Source of the DNA: Clostridia bacterium
GTDB taxonomy: Bacteria; Bacillota; Clostridia; Oscillospirales; CAG-272
Direction of reading: 5' to 3'
Length of the DNA stretch: 64,000 nt
NCBI GenBank assembly: GCA_017503865.1
Contig: JAFVSI010000015.1
Span: 7,175 to 71,174 of the forward strand
This document shows, piece by piece, positions 19,326-28,519 of this stretch (positions are counted from its first letter, which is position 1; each line of letters starts with the position of its first letter). The notes under the pieces are model-generated. The model was not told the DNA's origin, ran no database searches, and saw nothing but the letters and a program-made list of their open reading frames with translations. The translations under genes and the position numbers were made by a program.

Positions 19326-20765
19326 TTAGAACTGTTTAATAAGCCTTATGTAAAATTCAACCGCACGGCAAAGCGTTTCAAGTCGGATTTTCTCATTATT
19401 ACCGTGAATGCTTGCTCTCTCTTCACTCGTGAGATCCATAGCCGAAAAACGGTAAACCTTGTCGGAAATTTTGCCGTAATGACGGCTATCTGAGCACTGA
19501 ACCATAAGGTATGGCGAGACAATCGTTCCTTTCCAAGTGTCAGCAATTGCTTTTGCAACTCTCTCATAACCTTCACAATCGGTTCTTGAAATACGGCTTG
19601 GCTCGTTACCGTGAATCTTAGTTACGCTAACCCTGTCGTTGTCTATAGTTTTTCTAATGTACTCGACAGCACCGTCAATCGAGTCAGCAGGATTAAGACG
19701 AATATTTGAAACCATAGTAGCGGTAGGAGGAATAACGTTTGAAGCATCGCTACCCTTCATTTGTGTAAAGGCAACTGTCGTTCTCATAAGAGCGTTCATT
19801 TCACCACCGCTCTTCTTGGCAATCATATCAAGCACAGGTCTAAAGCACCAAAGATTTGCAAAAATCATTCTATAAACAAAGGTTGAATGTCGGCCGAGAG
19901 TATCGAACATTTGACGAACAGGCTCGGTTATATGACACTTAAAAGGATTTGCTTCAACCTTGCAACAAGCAGCGGAAAGCTCGCCGACAGGAGTATGAGC
20001 TTTAGGAGCAGATGCGTGACCGCCGTTTGACTGTACCTCATATTTCAAATCAAGAAGTCCCTTCTCAGCAATACCGACCATAGCACAAGGAGCTTTGACA
20101 CCCGGAAAAACGTTTTCAACAACGGCACCGCCCTCGTCAACAACCGCACGAAGCACGATTCCTTGCTTTTCAAAATAATCAACTATATGACAAGCACCAA
20201 GTCCGTTTACCTCTTCTCCGCCCGAAAAAGCAAAATAAATGTCATTTTCCGGTACAAAGCCTTCCGCAATAAGATGATTTGAGGCAGAGAGAATTCCGTT
20301 GACTGTTACCTTAGTGTCAAGCGTTCCTCTTCCCCACATAACACCGTCCTCTATTATTGCTTCAAAGGGGGGCTTTGACCACTTTTCTTCAACAACGGGA
20401 ACTACGTCGTAATGTGCCATAAGCACAAGCGGTTCTCCTACAGTTTTTCCCGGCCATCTAAATAAAAGTCCTCTGTCATCAAGCGTTTTTAGCTCACACG
20501 TAGCAAAAACATTCGGGTATAGAGTTGGAAGAAGATTTATAAGCTTTTCAAATTCAGCATCGTCCTCGTCATCACGAGAATATCTCGACACGGTTTTACA
20601 CTTTACAAGCGAAGCCAGTGCCGAAATAGCGGCGTCCTTATCAAAGTTAATTTCCTCGCATTCACTCTCATCTTGCTTTTTTGGAACAAAAAGTGCGGTA
20701 CGTATTAAAACAACAGCTAAAAAAGCTAAGATTAGTGCAGAAAGAATAATTACAAAATACAACAT
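19326..20765 (-). CDS. Membrane-anchored M20 family metallopeptidase
   Basis: 479 aa. N-terminal TM helix followed by R/KK. M20 metal-ligand blocks MAHYDVVP and FSGGEEVNG. Confidence 0.88.
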   Translation of the reverse strand: MLYFVIILSALILAFLAVVLIRTALFVPKKQDESECEEINFDKDAAISALASLVKCKTVSRYSRDDEDDAEFEKLINLLPTLYPNVFATCELKTLDDRGLLFRWPGKTVGEPLVLMAHYDVVPVVEEKWSKPPFEAIIEDGVMWGRGTLDTKVTVNGILSASNHLIAEGFVPENDIYFAFSGGEEVNGLGACHIVDYFEKQGIVLRAVVDEGGAVVENVFPGVKAPCAMVGIAEKGLLDLKYEVQSNGGHASAPKAHTPVGELSAACCKVEANPFKCHITEPVRQMFDTLGRHSTFVYRMIFANLWCFRPVLDMIAKKSGGEMNALMRTTVAFTQMKGSDASNVIPPTATMVSNIRLNPADSIDGAVEYIRKTIDNDRVSVTKIHGNEPSRISRTDCEGYERVAKAIADTWKGTIVSPYLMVQCSDSRHYGKISDKVYRFSAMDLTSEERASIHGNNEKIRLETLCRAVEFYIRLIKQF

Positions 20766-21442
20766 TAAAGAATCCCCTTCTTATACAAGATTCGAGCATA
20801 CGCAAGAGTAAATACAACACCAACGGGAACCATGATTCCTACCGTACCCGCATTAAGAGCAGGGACAAAAATAAATGCGATAAGCATAAGAATAACAGGG
20901 CCGATAGCAAGTTTTACGTTTTTTGATACGAATACGACTCCAAGTGCTCCAAAAAGTGCGGGAAGCATTTGGTCGAAGGCAGGCTTTAACGTTGCAGAAG
21001 ATAAAATAGGCTCAAGAGGGGCTATAAGCAAAACTCCAATTATTATGATAAAGGTAGTTACAATAGAGGAAACGGCTATCGAAATAGTAGATATAAGCTC
21101 GCCCTCTTCGCTTTGAGCTTTAACGTTTGCGTTTTCAAGAGCCCCGAGTGCACAAGGAAGCTTTAAATTAGAAATATTGCCTGTTACAAAGGATAGATAA
21201 GAGCCACCTGCACCAAGCATGGGTATGTAAGTGATAGTCTCAATTATACCGACCGCCCAATACATAGGAGCGGTAGCAAGAAGTCCCTTGCCAACTCCTG
21301 CCCAGTCGGGTATTGCCGAAAAGATAACACCGACAACAACAGGAAACGCCATAAGAAGGACCATCATAGAGAGATTCCAGATGCGACCGTCACGGTGGAC
21401 ACTGTCCATATAAGTAAATTCTTTTCTATTCATTTTCTTCAT
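20765..21442 (-). CDS. Uncharacterised polytopic membrane protein (about 6 TM)
   Basis: 225 aa, hydrophobic. Stop overlaps the M20 start (TAATG). Start overlaps the upstream membrane gene's stop (ATGA). Confidence 0.7.
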   Translation of the reverse strand: MKKMNRKEFTYMDSVHRDGRIWNLSMMVLLMAFPVVVGVIFSAIPDWAGVGKGLLATAPMYWAVGIIETITYIPMLGAGGSYLSFVTGNISNLKLPCALGALENANVKAQSEEGELISTISIAVSSIVTTFIIIIGVLLIAPLEPILSSATLKPAFDQMLPALFGALGVVFVSKNVKLAIGPVILMLIAFIFVPALNAGTVGIMVPVGVVFTLAYARILYKKGIL

Positions 21443-22233
21443 GCTATCACACCTCCAAGCAAAGCAGTTACGGGAATTGCAGATGCCATACCAAGAACCA
21501 AGCTTATCGGCAATGCGTAGTCGTTAAGCCATTTCCATTTGAGCTTTTTCATTAAGAGACCGCACATAGCCATCACAAGTGCCGAAACTACCATTACAAC
21601 AACAGGAACAAGTCCCGAGGTGCTCGTAAACATTTCACCCTTAGAGTTTGTATATACACCGTTTTCAGATAACCACAAGCGAGAAATATCGCAGAAAACA
21701 AATCCTACAAAAGCAGAGATCATACCGATAAAAAGAGCGTTTTGCATAATATCACTCCACTTTTTGTCTTTTTTCTCAAAGCTAACAAGACCGTTCTGAA
21801 TCTTTTTTCCAAGCACAGGAACGAGCCATATACCGACGAGTATAGAAAGTGTCATAACTATTGAAATTGTTAGATACTGAGAGGCATTCATATCACCAGC
21901 AAGCTCTGAAAGATTAAATCCCATACCCGAAGCCGCATTTTGTGCAGCTATTGCCTCATAAGAAAGAGAACCTATAACTGAAAGTCTCAGCCAAGGAAGT
22001 GGAAGACCAAGCGATTGCGAAAGCGATAAAATAGCAATAACAATTGAAACTGCAGGGGCAACTGTAAACACAGCAGATGTCAAGATAGTCTTTTTTACAG
22101 TTTGATTCGACATTCCTATTTTCTTTGCTTGACGCATTGCTTTAAACAAAAAATAAAACGATTGGGCTAACACCGCCACAATTATGATGCCGACAAGCAC
22201 GAAGAGAACAGGATGATTTACACTAAATTCCAT
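21439..22233 (-). CDS. Uncharacterised polytopic membrane protein (possibly DUF5058-like)
   Basis: 264 aa, about 6-7 TM. First gene of a three-gene translationally coupled unit. The family name is from memory only. Confidence 0.65.
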   Translation of the reverse strand: MEFSVNHPVLFVLVGIIIVAVLAQSFYFLFKAMRQAKKIGMSNQTVKKTILTSAVFTVAPAVSIVIAILSLSQSLGLPLPWLRLSVIGSLSYEAIAAQNAASGMGFNLSELAGDMNASQYLTISIVMTLSILVGIWLVPVLGKKIQNGLVSFEKKDKKWSDIMQNALFIGMISAFVGFVFCDISRLWLSENGVYTNSKGEMFTSTSGLVPVVVMVVSALVMAMCGLLMKKLKWKWLNDYALPISLVLGMASAIPVTALLGGVIA

Positions 22234-22266
22234 AATATCTCCTTTAACTCAATAGAATATACATTT

Positions 22267-22295
22267 AGTATAATATTTTATCCTAAAAAAGTCAA
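22267..22295 (-). promoter_or_regulatory. Promoter of the membrane-membrane-M20 operon
   Basis: Minus strand TTGACT (22290..22295), 17-nt spacer, TATACT (22267..22272). AAAGGAGA RBS before the start at 22233. Confidence 0.55.
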
Positions 22296-22298
22296 GCA

Positions 22299-23390
22299 TT
22301 AAAGTTCTTTTTCAATAATATCGACAATTTTCTCAGAGGCATTTCCATCACCAAACGGATTCACCGTCTGCGACATTTGTTTATATACTTCGTTATCGTC
22401 GAGCAAAAGTAAAATATTTTTATAAACCTCGTCCTCGTCCGTGCCGATCAGCCGCAGTCCCCCGCAAGCAAGTCCTTCGGGGCGTTCTGTCTTGTTTCTA
22501 AGCACAAGTACGGGTTTATGAAGTGCCACGCCTTCCTCCTGAACACCACCGCTATCGCTGAGAGCAAAGTAACATCTTGAAAGAATATTATGAAAATCGA
22601 CTACGTCTAAAGGCTCACATGTTTTTACGTTCATACAATTACCAAGACACTCTTTAGCAATACTTCTTATTTTAGGATTTGGATGCAAGGGGAATAAAAA
22701 ACAAATGTCTTCCCTTTCTCCCGCTACTCTTTTTACTGCTGAAAAAACCGACTTCATAGGCTCACCGATATTCTCCCTTCTGTGCATCGTAAAAAGAATT
22801 ACTTTTTTTTGCTCTAATAAGGGTAAAAATGGACTTTCATATGTTTTTGAGAGTGTATATTTAAACGAATCAAGCACGGTATTCCCCGTCAAAAACACAT
22901 TTTCTTTTCCCTCGTTTATAAGAAGCTCTTTCGAAAGCTGCGTAGGTGCGAAATCAAGACTTGACATAAGCGTTATCGCTCTTCTGTTAAACTCCTCGGG
23001 AAAAGGCTCTTCTATATCGCCGCTACGCAATCCCGCCTCAACGTGACCTATTGGAATACCTCTATAAAATGCTGCAAGCGAAGCAGCAAAAGCAGTACTT
23101 GTATCACCGTGAACAAGTACAATGTCGGGGGCACATTTTTCAAGTACAAGGCTTATGCCTTTTAGAACCTTTGATGTAATATCGAAAAGTGTTTGTCCTT
23201 TACTCATAATTTGAAGATCATAATCAGCCTTCACACCAAAAACTGACAAAACTTGGTTTAGCATCTGTTTATGTTGACCGCTAACACATACGCAAACCTC
23301 AAATTTTTCTCTTTTACTTAATTCTAACACAACGGGGCACATCTTTATAGCTTCAGGTCTTGTACCGAACACAACCAAAACTTTTTTCAT
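22299..23390 (-). CDS. wecB: UDP-N-acetylglucosamine 2-epimerase (non-hydrolysing)
   Basis: 363 aa. FGTRPEAIKM, HVEAGLRS and DSGGVQEE motifs. Confidence 0.94.
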   Translation of the reverse strand: MKKVLVVFGTRPEAIKMCPVVLELSKREKFEVCVCVSGQHKQMLNQVLSVFGVKADYDLQIMSKGQTLFDITSKVLKGISLVLEKCAPDIVLVHGDTSTAFAASLAAFYRGIPIGHVEAGLRSGDIEEPFPEEFNRRAITLMSSLDFAPTQLSKELLINEGKENVFLTGNTVLDSFKYTLSKTYESPFLPLLEQKKVILFTMHRRENIGEPMKSVFSAVKRVAGEREDICFLFPLHPNPKIRSIAKECLGNCMNVKTCEPLDVVDFHNILSRCYFALSDSGGVQEEGVALHKPVLVLRNKTERPEGLACGGLRLIGTDEDEVYKNILLLLDDNEVYKQMSQTVNPFGDGNASEKIVDIIEKEL

Positions 23391-23456
23391 AACGTTACCT
23401 GCCTACAATATTTTTATTATTTTTTCCATACAGGTAGGTGTTTATTTAAATGAATG

Positions 23457-23488
23457 AAAAAAAGGCGTCGCATTGCGACGCCTTTTTA
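23457..23488. terminator. Terminator after the PII-like gene
   Basis: ggcgtcgc / gcgacgcc stem with att loop, flanked by an A run and a T run. Confidence 0.75.
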
Positions 23489-23493
23489 AAAAA

Positions 23494-24204
23494 TCATTCT
23501 TCGTTTTCTTCGGTTTGTGCTGCCTTGTTTAGACCGACAACACAGTCAACAGGCAAAGAAAATATTATTCCCCTTCCTTGCGTGTTAATGCCCGAAGCCT
23601 CGGCAATAGCATTCATTACCTTGTTTTTATCCTCACGCTTTACAACGTTGAGTATGATTTCCTTTTCGGGCTGAATTGCAATACCGAGGAATTTCTGTGC
23701 TTCCTCAGCACCCATTCCGAGTGCGTGAATAAGTGTACCGCCTCTTGCACCTGCAGAAATAGCAGCAGTTTTTACGTCTTGAAAATATCCTCTTGTTATT
23801 ATTGTTATAACCAGCTCATACTGATGTTCGCTTGACATATAAAAATCCTTCTCCTTAGTTATTTTAGGTTGAGTCTCGTCATCTTTTTTGACAATTCCCG
23901 ACAAAAAAGATGTGGCACTTGTAAGAGGAACGGTAAACATTATTCCCTTACCGGGCTTTGAAATGTTTATTTTCTCTTCTGCGAGGTCAAAAATATAATT
24001 GGCACGTTCAGAGGAAATAATCGAGATCATTATGCTTTTTTTATTCTCACCAAAGCCAAGATATTCAAACATTGACGAGTCAGCGCATCCAAATCCGTGA
24101 GTCGATACACTGATCGGAGCTTTTGCAGAATTAAATACGTGAGCCAACTCTTCGCTCTTGCTGTAATCAACAATTGAAAACAACGCACAAATTCTATTAC
24201 TCAT
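23494..24204 (-). CDS. Tandem PII-like (GlnB-fold) protein, two fused units
   Basis: 236 aa. The second unit aligns by eye to GlnB (VITIITRGYFQDVKTAAISAGARGGTLIHALGMG...KEIILNVV...GRGIIFSLPVD). The first unit is more divergent. ATGA overlap with the DUF1538 gene. Confidence 0.7.
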   Translation of the reverse strand: MSNRICALFSIVDYSKSEELAHVFNSAKAPISVSTHGFGCADSSMFEYLGFGENKKSIMISIISSERANYIFDLAEEKINISKPGKGIMFTVPLTSATSFLSGIVKKDDETQPKITKEKDFYMSSEHQYELVITIITRGYFQDVKTAAISAGARGGTLIHALGMGAEEAQKFLGIAIQPEKEIILNVVKREDKNKVMNAIAEASGINTQGRGIIFSLPVDCVVGLNKAAQTEENEE

Positions 24205-25784
24205 ATCTCACTCTCCTCTTCATAAATATCAAATTCAACGATTTCATCAGAAAGCGTTGCAATAGAAACAACTGGCTCGACAGCACGTCTCGCAATAGCG
24301 GTTTTTATCTTTGCAACAAGGCCAAGCAACTGGATAGTTACAAGGGGCGTCATAGCAACGAACGCGACAAGACCGTACGCGTCAGTCAAAGGATTACCGT
24401 TAACAGCACTGCAAGCACCGAGTGCGAGCGGTAAAAGGAAGGTCGCCGTCATAGGGCCGGATGCAACTCCACCCGAGTCAAAGGCAATGGCGGTAAATAT
24501 AGGCGGAACTAAAAAGGTCATTACTAATGAGAACAAATATCCCGGAATAAGAATATACCATATAGACATTCCAGTAATAACACGAAGGAGTGCAAGTGCC
24601 ACCGACAGTGCAACTCCAATTGAAAGTGCAAAGCCTACAGACTTTCCTTTTACAGCACCTTCCGTAACGTCTTCAACCTGATGTTTTAAAACGTGAACAG
24701 CTGGCTCAGCAGAAACGATGAACCAACCAATAACAGCTCCGATGGGTAAAAGCAACCAAGGCATATTACTTTCGCCAATAGCTTCTCCGATAAAGCTGCC
24801 CATAGGCATAAATCCAACGTTAACACCCGTCAGGAACAAAACGAGTCCTATGTACGTATAAATGAGTCCAACGAGAATTTGTATTACGTTGACCTTACCA
24901 AGCTTGAGTGAAAATATCTGAAAAATAATAAAGAAAATAAGAATAGGAAGAAGTGCTACGGCGACCTCGACCATATGATCGGGCAATTCCTTTACGTATT
25001 GATAAAACACGGCGGAAATAGAGGTAAGTGCCTCAGCCGATTCTCTTCCTATCTCAACACCCGACACACCGTTTAGCGCACCGAGAATAAGCACTGTAAT
25101 AATAGGTCCTATCGAGCAGAGTGCGACGAGACCAAAGCTGTCTTCTGCTGAATTCTTATCACCTCTAACAGAAGCAAGTCCGACACCGAGTGCCATTATA
25201 AAAGGAACGGTAATGGGTCCTGTTGTTACTCCGCCCGAATCAAATGCAACAGCAACAAAATTGTTTGGAATTAGAGGTGACATAGCCAAAACAAATATAA
25301 GACCGTACATTACGAGTAATATATATGAAAGCTTGACCTGAAGATAAACTCTGAAGAAAGAGACCACCAAGAAAATTCCAACGCCAACAGCTACTGAAAT
25401 TATCATAACCGAAGGGTCGACGACTTTTTCAAGTGAGTCAGCAAGAACACGAAGATCAGGTTCTGCAATCGTTGCTATAACACCAAGAATAAAACAAACG
25501 ACAGTCACAAGAAGAATACTTCTTGACTTAGTGATATGTGAGCCTATTGATTGACCTATTTTCATCATCGATACATCCGCACCAAGTGTAAAAAAGGTCA
25601 TACCAATTATCAAAAGAATTGTAGCAATTATAAAAGATATTATTGAAAAGAATGACGCTTTTGCAACTGTTAGCGACAAGACTAAAACAATTGCCGCGAC
25701 GGGAAAAACTGCAAAAAACGCTTCTTTGAATTTTTCGAATAAATGTTTAATCAATTTTATATACCTCAAGCCTAAACGCAACAT
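24201..25784 (-). CDS. Tandem DUF1538 membrane protein (internal duplication)
   Basis: 527 aa polytopic. Repeated signature AFDSGGVTTGPITVPFIMALGVG / AFDSGGVASGPMTATFLLPLALG. Alternative TTG start at 25754 has a GAGG RBS. Confidence 0.8.
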   Translation of the reverse strand: MLRLGLRYIKLIKHLFEKFKEAFFAVFPVAAIVLVLSLTVAKASFFSIISFIIATILLIIGMTFFTLGADVSMMKIGQSIGSHITKSRSILLVTVVCFILGVIATIAEPDLRVLADSLEKVVDPSVMIISVAVGVGIFLVVSFFRVYLQVKLSYILLVMYGLIFVLAMSPLIPNNFVAVAFDSGGVTTGPITVPFIMALGVGLASVRGDKNSAEDSFGLVALCSIGPIITVLILGALNGVSGVEIGRESAEALTSISAVFYQYVKELPDHMVEVAVALLPILIFFIIFQIFSLKLGKVNVIQILVGLIYTYIGLVLFLTGVNVGFMPMGSFIGEAIGESNMPWLLLPIGAVIGWFIVSAEPAVHVLKHQVEDVTEGAVKGKSVGFALSIGVALSVALALLRVITGMSIWYILIPGYLFSLVMTFLVPPIFTAIAFDSGGVASGPMTATFLLPLALGACSAVNGNPLTDAYGLVAFVAMTPLVTIQLLGLVAKIKTAIARRAVEPVVSIATLSDEIVEFDIYEEESEI

Positions 25785-25925
25785 TCAATATATCATGCTT
25801 ATTATAACACAGTAGAAAACCAATTTCAACTAATAATTGTAATTCTTTTAAATTTGTATTGATTTTTTGCAAATTGTGTGATATAGTATTTAATACTACA
25901 TATAATATTCCGAGGGGGGAATCAA

Positions 25926-26600
25926 ATGACGAGACAAAAATTATCTGAAAGAACTCTTCCAAAGTACACTAAGGGTGAAGAGATATTTAATATGGTTTCA
26001 CATATAGTCGGAGGCGGACTTGGAGTTGTCGCTTTGACATTATGCGTAATATTTGCAGCAATAAACAAAAATGTTTACGGTGTTGTTGGGAGTGCAATAT
26101 ACGGTGCATCTCTTATAATTCTTTATACGATGTCAAGTATCTATCACGGATTGTCGCCGAGACTGATGTCTAAAAAGGTCTTTCAGGTACTCGACCACTG
26201 CTCGATATTCTTTTTAATTGCAGGAACCTACACCCCTATTTCTCTGTCCCCACTTCGTCAGTACAATCCTCTTCTCGGTTGGACAATTTTCTCTGTTGTT
26301 TGGGCGACGGCAATAGTTGGCATAGTTCTTAATTCAATTGACATAAAAAAATACAAGAAGCTTTCGGCAATATGTTATCTTCTGATGGGTTGGTGCATAA
26401 TTTTTGCTTGGAAACCAACTGTTGCCGCCCTTGATAGAAATGCAATCGTTTTGCTTTTGGCGGGAGGAGTATCGTATACAGTAGGTGCTATGATTTATTA
26501 CTTTTTCAAGAAAAAACCTTACTCTCACTCAATATTTCACTTGTTTGTTGTCATGGGCAGCATTTTTCATTTTTTTACTATACTTTTATATTGTCTTTAA
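25926..26600 (+). CDS. Hemolysin III / PAQR family membrane protein
   Basis: 224 aa, 7 TM. Motifs SSIYHGL, LDHCSIFFLIAGTYTP, HSIFHLFVVMGS. GAGGGGGGA RBS. Confidence 0.9.
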   Translation: MTRQKLSERTLPKYTKGEEIFNMVSHIVGGGLGVVALTLCVIFAAINKNVYGVVGSAIYGASLIILYTMSSIYHGLSPRLMSKKVFQVLDHCSIFFLIAGTYTPISLSPLRQYNPLLGWTIFSVVWATAIVGIVLNSIDIKKYKKLSAICYLLMGWCIIFAWKPTVAALDRNAIVLLLAGGVSYTVGAMIYYFFKKKPYSHSIFHLFVVMGSIFHFFTILLYCL

Positions 26601-26612
26601 TTTACAAAACTA

Positions 26613-26641
26613 TTGACAAATTATTAAGAATTATGTATAAT
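26613..26641 (+). promoter_or_regulatory. Consensus sigma-A type promoter upstream of the nhaC-family gene
   Basis: TTGACA (26613..26618), 17-nt spacer, TATAAT (26636..26641). Confidence 0.6.
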
Positions 26642-26684
26642 AATGTCAAAACATACAAGGTAGAATGCCGAATTTGTATTGACA

Positions 26685-26718
26685 AAAGCTCTGCGGCGTT
26701 TTCGCAGAGCTTTTTCCA
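26685..26718 (+). terminator. Terminator-like hairpin in the leader of the nhaC-family gene
   Basis: aaagctctgcg (26685..26695) pairs with cgcagagcttt (26703..26713), followed by ttccatttt. It lies between the promoter and the RBS of the antiporter gene. Confidence 0.6.
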
Positions 26719-26752
26719 TTTTACCGTATGAAAAAAGAAAGGATGTTTTCTT

Positions 26753-28465
26753 ATGAAACGCAAAACTTTATTGAGCATATGCGTTATCGCTGTGCTCGCC
26801 GCTCTTTTTGTGACGTTGTCACTCGTGGTTGACAACGGTGCAGTCGGCAAATTCGTAGACCCCGACGGATTCATTATGTCACAGGAAGACGTAGCACAGT
26901 ACGTTCTTGAAGGTGGAGATCCCGCAGAGCTTTCAACTGTAGATTCCCCATACTATGCAACTTACCTTGCTCTTCTCCCCCCTGTTATAGCAATCGTACT
27001 TGCTCTTATAACAAAAGAGGTTTATTCTTCTTTGTTTGTTGGAATTCTTTCCGGAGCACTTCTTGCAACCAACTTTAATCCCGTTGGTACACTTACTACT
27101 ATTGTAAGCGACGGTTTTATTTCTTCGGTTGCTGATTCTTGGAATGCAGGAATTCTTATGTTCCTCGTTCTTCTTGGAATGATGGTTGCTCTCATAAACA
27201 AGGCTGGTGGCTCGTATGCTTTTGGAAACTGGGCAAAAACTCACGTAAAAACACGCATGGGTGCTCAGTTTGCAACACTTTTACTGGGTTGTCTTATATT
27301 CGTTGACGACTACTTCAACTGTCTCACAGTTGGTAGTATTATGAAGCCTGTAAGTGACAGCAAAAACGTATCCCGTGCAAAGCTCGCATATCTTATCGAT
27401 GCTACTGCTGCTCCCATTTGTATGATAGCTCCTATCTCATCTTGGGCAGCTGCTGTTGCGGGTGTTGTAGTTTCTGTTAACGGTCTTGCTCTATTTATAA
27501 AGGCTATTCCTTACAATTTCTACTCACTTCTCACACTCGTAATGATCATTACTATCACCGTTCTCGGATTTGATTACGGTCCTATGAAGCGTCACGAACT
27601 CAACGCTAAAAACGGCGACCTCTTCTCCGAGGGTGAACGCAACGAGGGTGACGGAACAGTTGTTGACAGCAACGCTAAGGGCGGAGTTATCGACCTCGTT
27701 CTTCCCATTGTTGTTCTTATAGTTTCTTGTATTCTCGGTATGATCTATACCGGTGGATTCTTTGACGGCGAATCCTTTATTGATGCTTTCAGTAACTGCG
27801 ATGCTTCTGCTGGTCTTGCTCTTGGCTCAGCCGTTGCAGTTGTATTGAGCGTTATATATCTTATTTGCCGTAAGGTTATCTCCTTCAAGGATGCTATGAA
27901 TGCACTTCCTAAGGGCTTCTGTGCAATGGTTCCAGCAATTCTTATTCTTTGCTTTGCTTGGACACTTAACGGTATCACAGGCTCACTTGGTGCTGACATT
28001 TACGTTTACGACCTTATGTTCGGTGCCGCTGAGGGACTTAAGATGCTCCTTCCCGCAGTTATCTTCCTTGTTGCAGTTGGTCTTTCCTTCGCAACCGGAA
28101 CTTCGTGGGGTACTTTTGGAATTCTCATTCCTATCGTTACAGCAATCTTCCCGCCCGTTGACGGTGTTATGTCCGAGCTTCTCGTTATCGGCATTTCCGC
28201 TTGTCTCGCAGGTGCAGTTTGCGGTGACCACTGCTCGCCTATTTCCGACACAACAATTATGGCGTCCGCAGGTGCTCAGTGTAACCACGTAAACCACGTT
28301 GCAACTCAGCTTCCTTATGCAGTTACTGTTGCTGCAGTTTCCTTCGTATGCTTCATCATCGCAGGATTCATTCAAAACTGGCTCATCGTTCTTCCCATCG
28401 GTATCGTTCTTATGGTTGGAACAATTTTGGGTATAAAGTTTATAACCGAGGCTAAAAGCAAATAA
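26753..28465 (+). CDS. NhaC-family Na+/H+ antiporter-like transporter
   Basis: 570 aa polytopic. Overall resemblance to NhaC family proteins (for example IFVDDYFNCLTVGS, GDHCSPISDTTIMAS). Confidence 0.85.
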   Translation: MKRKTLLSICVIAVLAALFVTLSLVVDNGAVGKFVDPDGFIMSQEDVAQYVLEGGDPAELSTVDSPYYATYLALLPPVIAIVLALITKEVYSSLFVGILSGALLATNFNPVGTLTTIVSDGFISSVADSWNAGILMFLVLLGMMVALINKAGGSYAFGNWAKTHVKTRMGAQFATLLLGCLIFVDDYFNCLTVGSIMKPVSDSKNVSRAKLAYLIDATAAPICMIAPISSWAAAVAGVVVSVNGLALFIKAIPYNFYSLLTLVMIITITVLGFDYGPMKRHELNAKNGDLFSEGERNEGDGTVVDSNAKGGVIDLVLPIVVLIVSCILGMIYTGGFFDGESFIDAFSNCDASAGLALGSAVAVVLSVIYLICRKVISFKDAMNALPKGFCAMVPAILILCFAWTLNGITGSLGADIYVYDLMFGAAEGLKMLLPAVIFLVAVGLSFATGTSWGTFGILIPIVTAIFPPVDGVMSELLVIGISACLAGAVCGDHCSPISDTTIMASAGAQCNHVNHVATQLPYAVTVAAVSFVCFIIAGFIQNWLIVLPIGIVLMVGTILGIKFITEAKSK

Positions 28466-28478
28466 GCTAACATAAATA

Positions 28479-28519
28479 AAAGATACCCGACAGTGAAATT
28501 CACTGTCGGGTATTTTTTT
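28479..28519. terminator. Bidirectional terminator between the antiporter gene and galM
   Basis: 13-bp stem atacccgacagtg / cactgtcgggtat, aaatt loop, T7 run downstream and an A run upstream. Confidence 0.85.

Noticed and set aside
26602-26874. 90-aa minus-strand ORF across the antiporter leader and start
   Set aside because: It overlaps a promoter, a terminator hairpin and the start of a well-supported transporter gene. No RBS.
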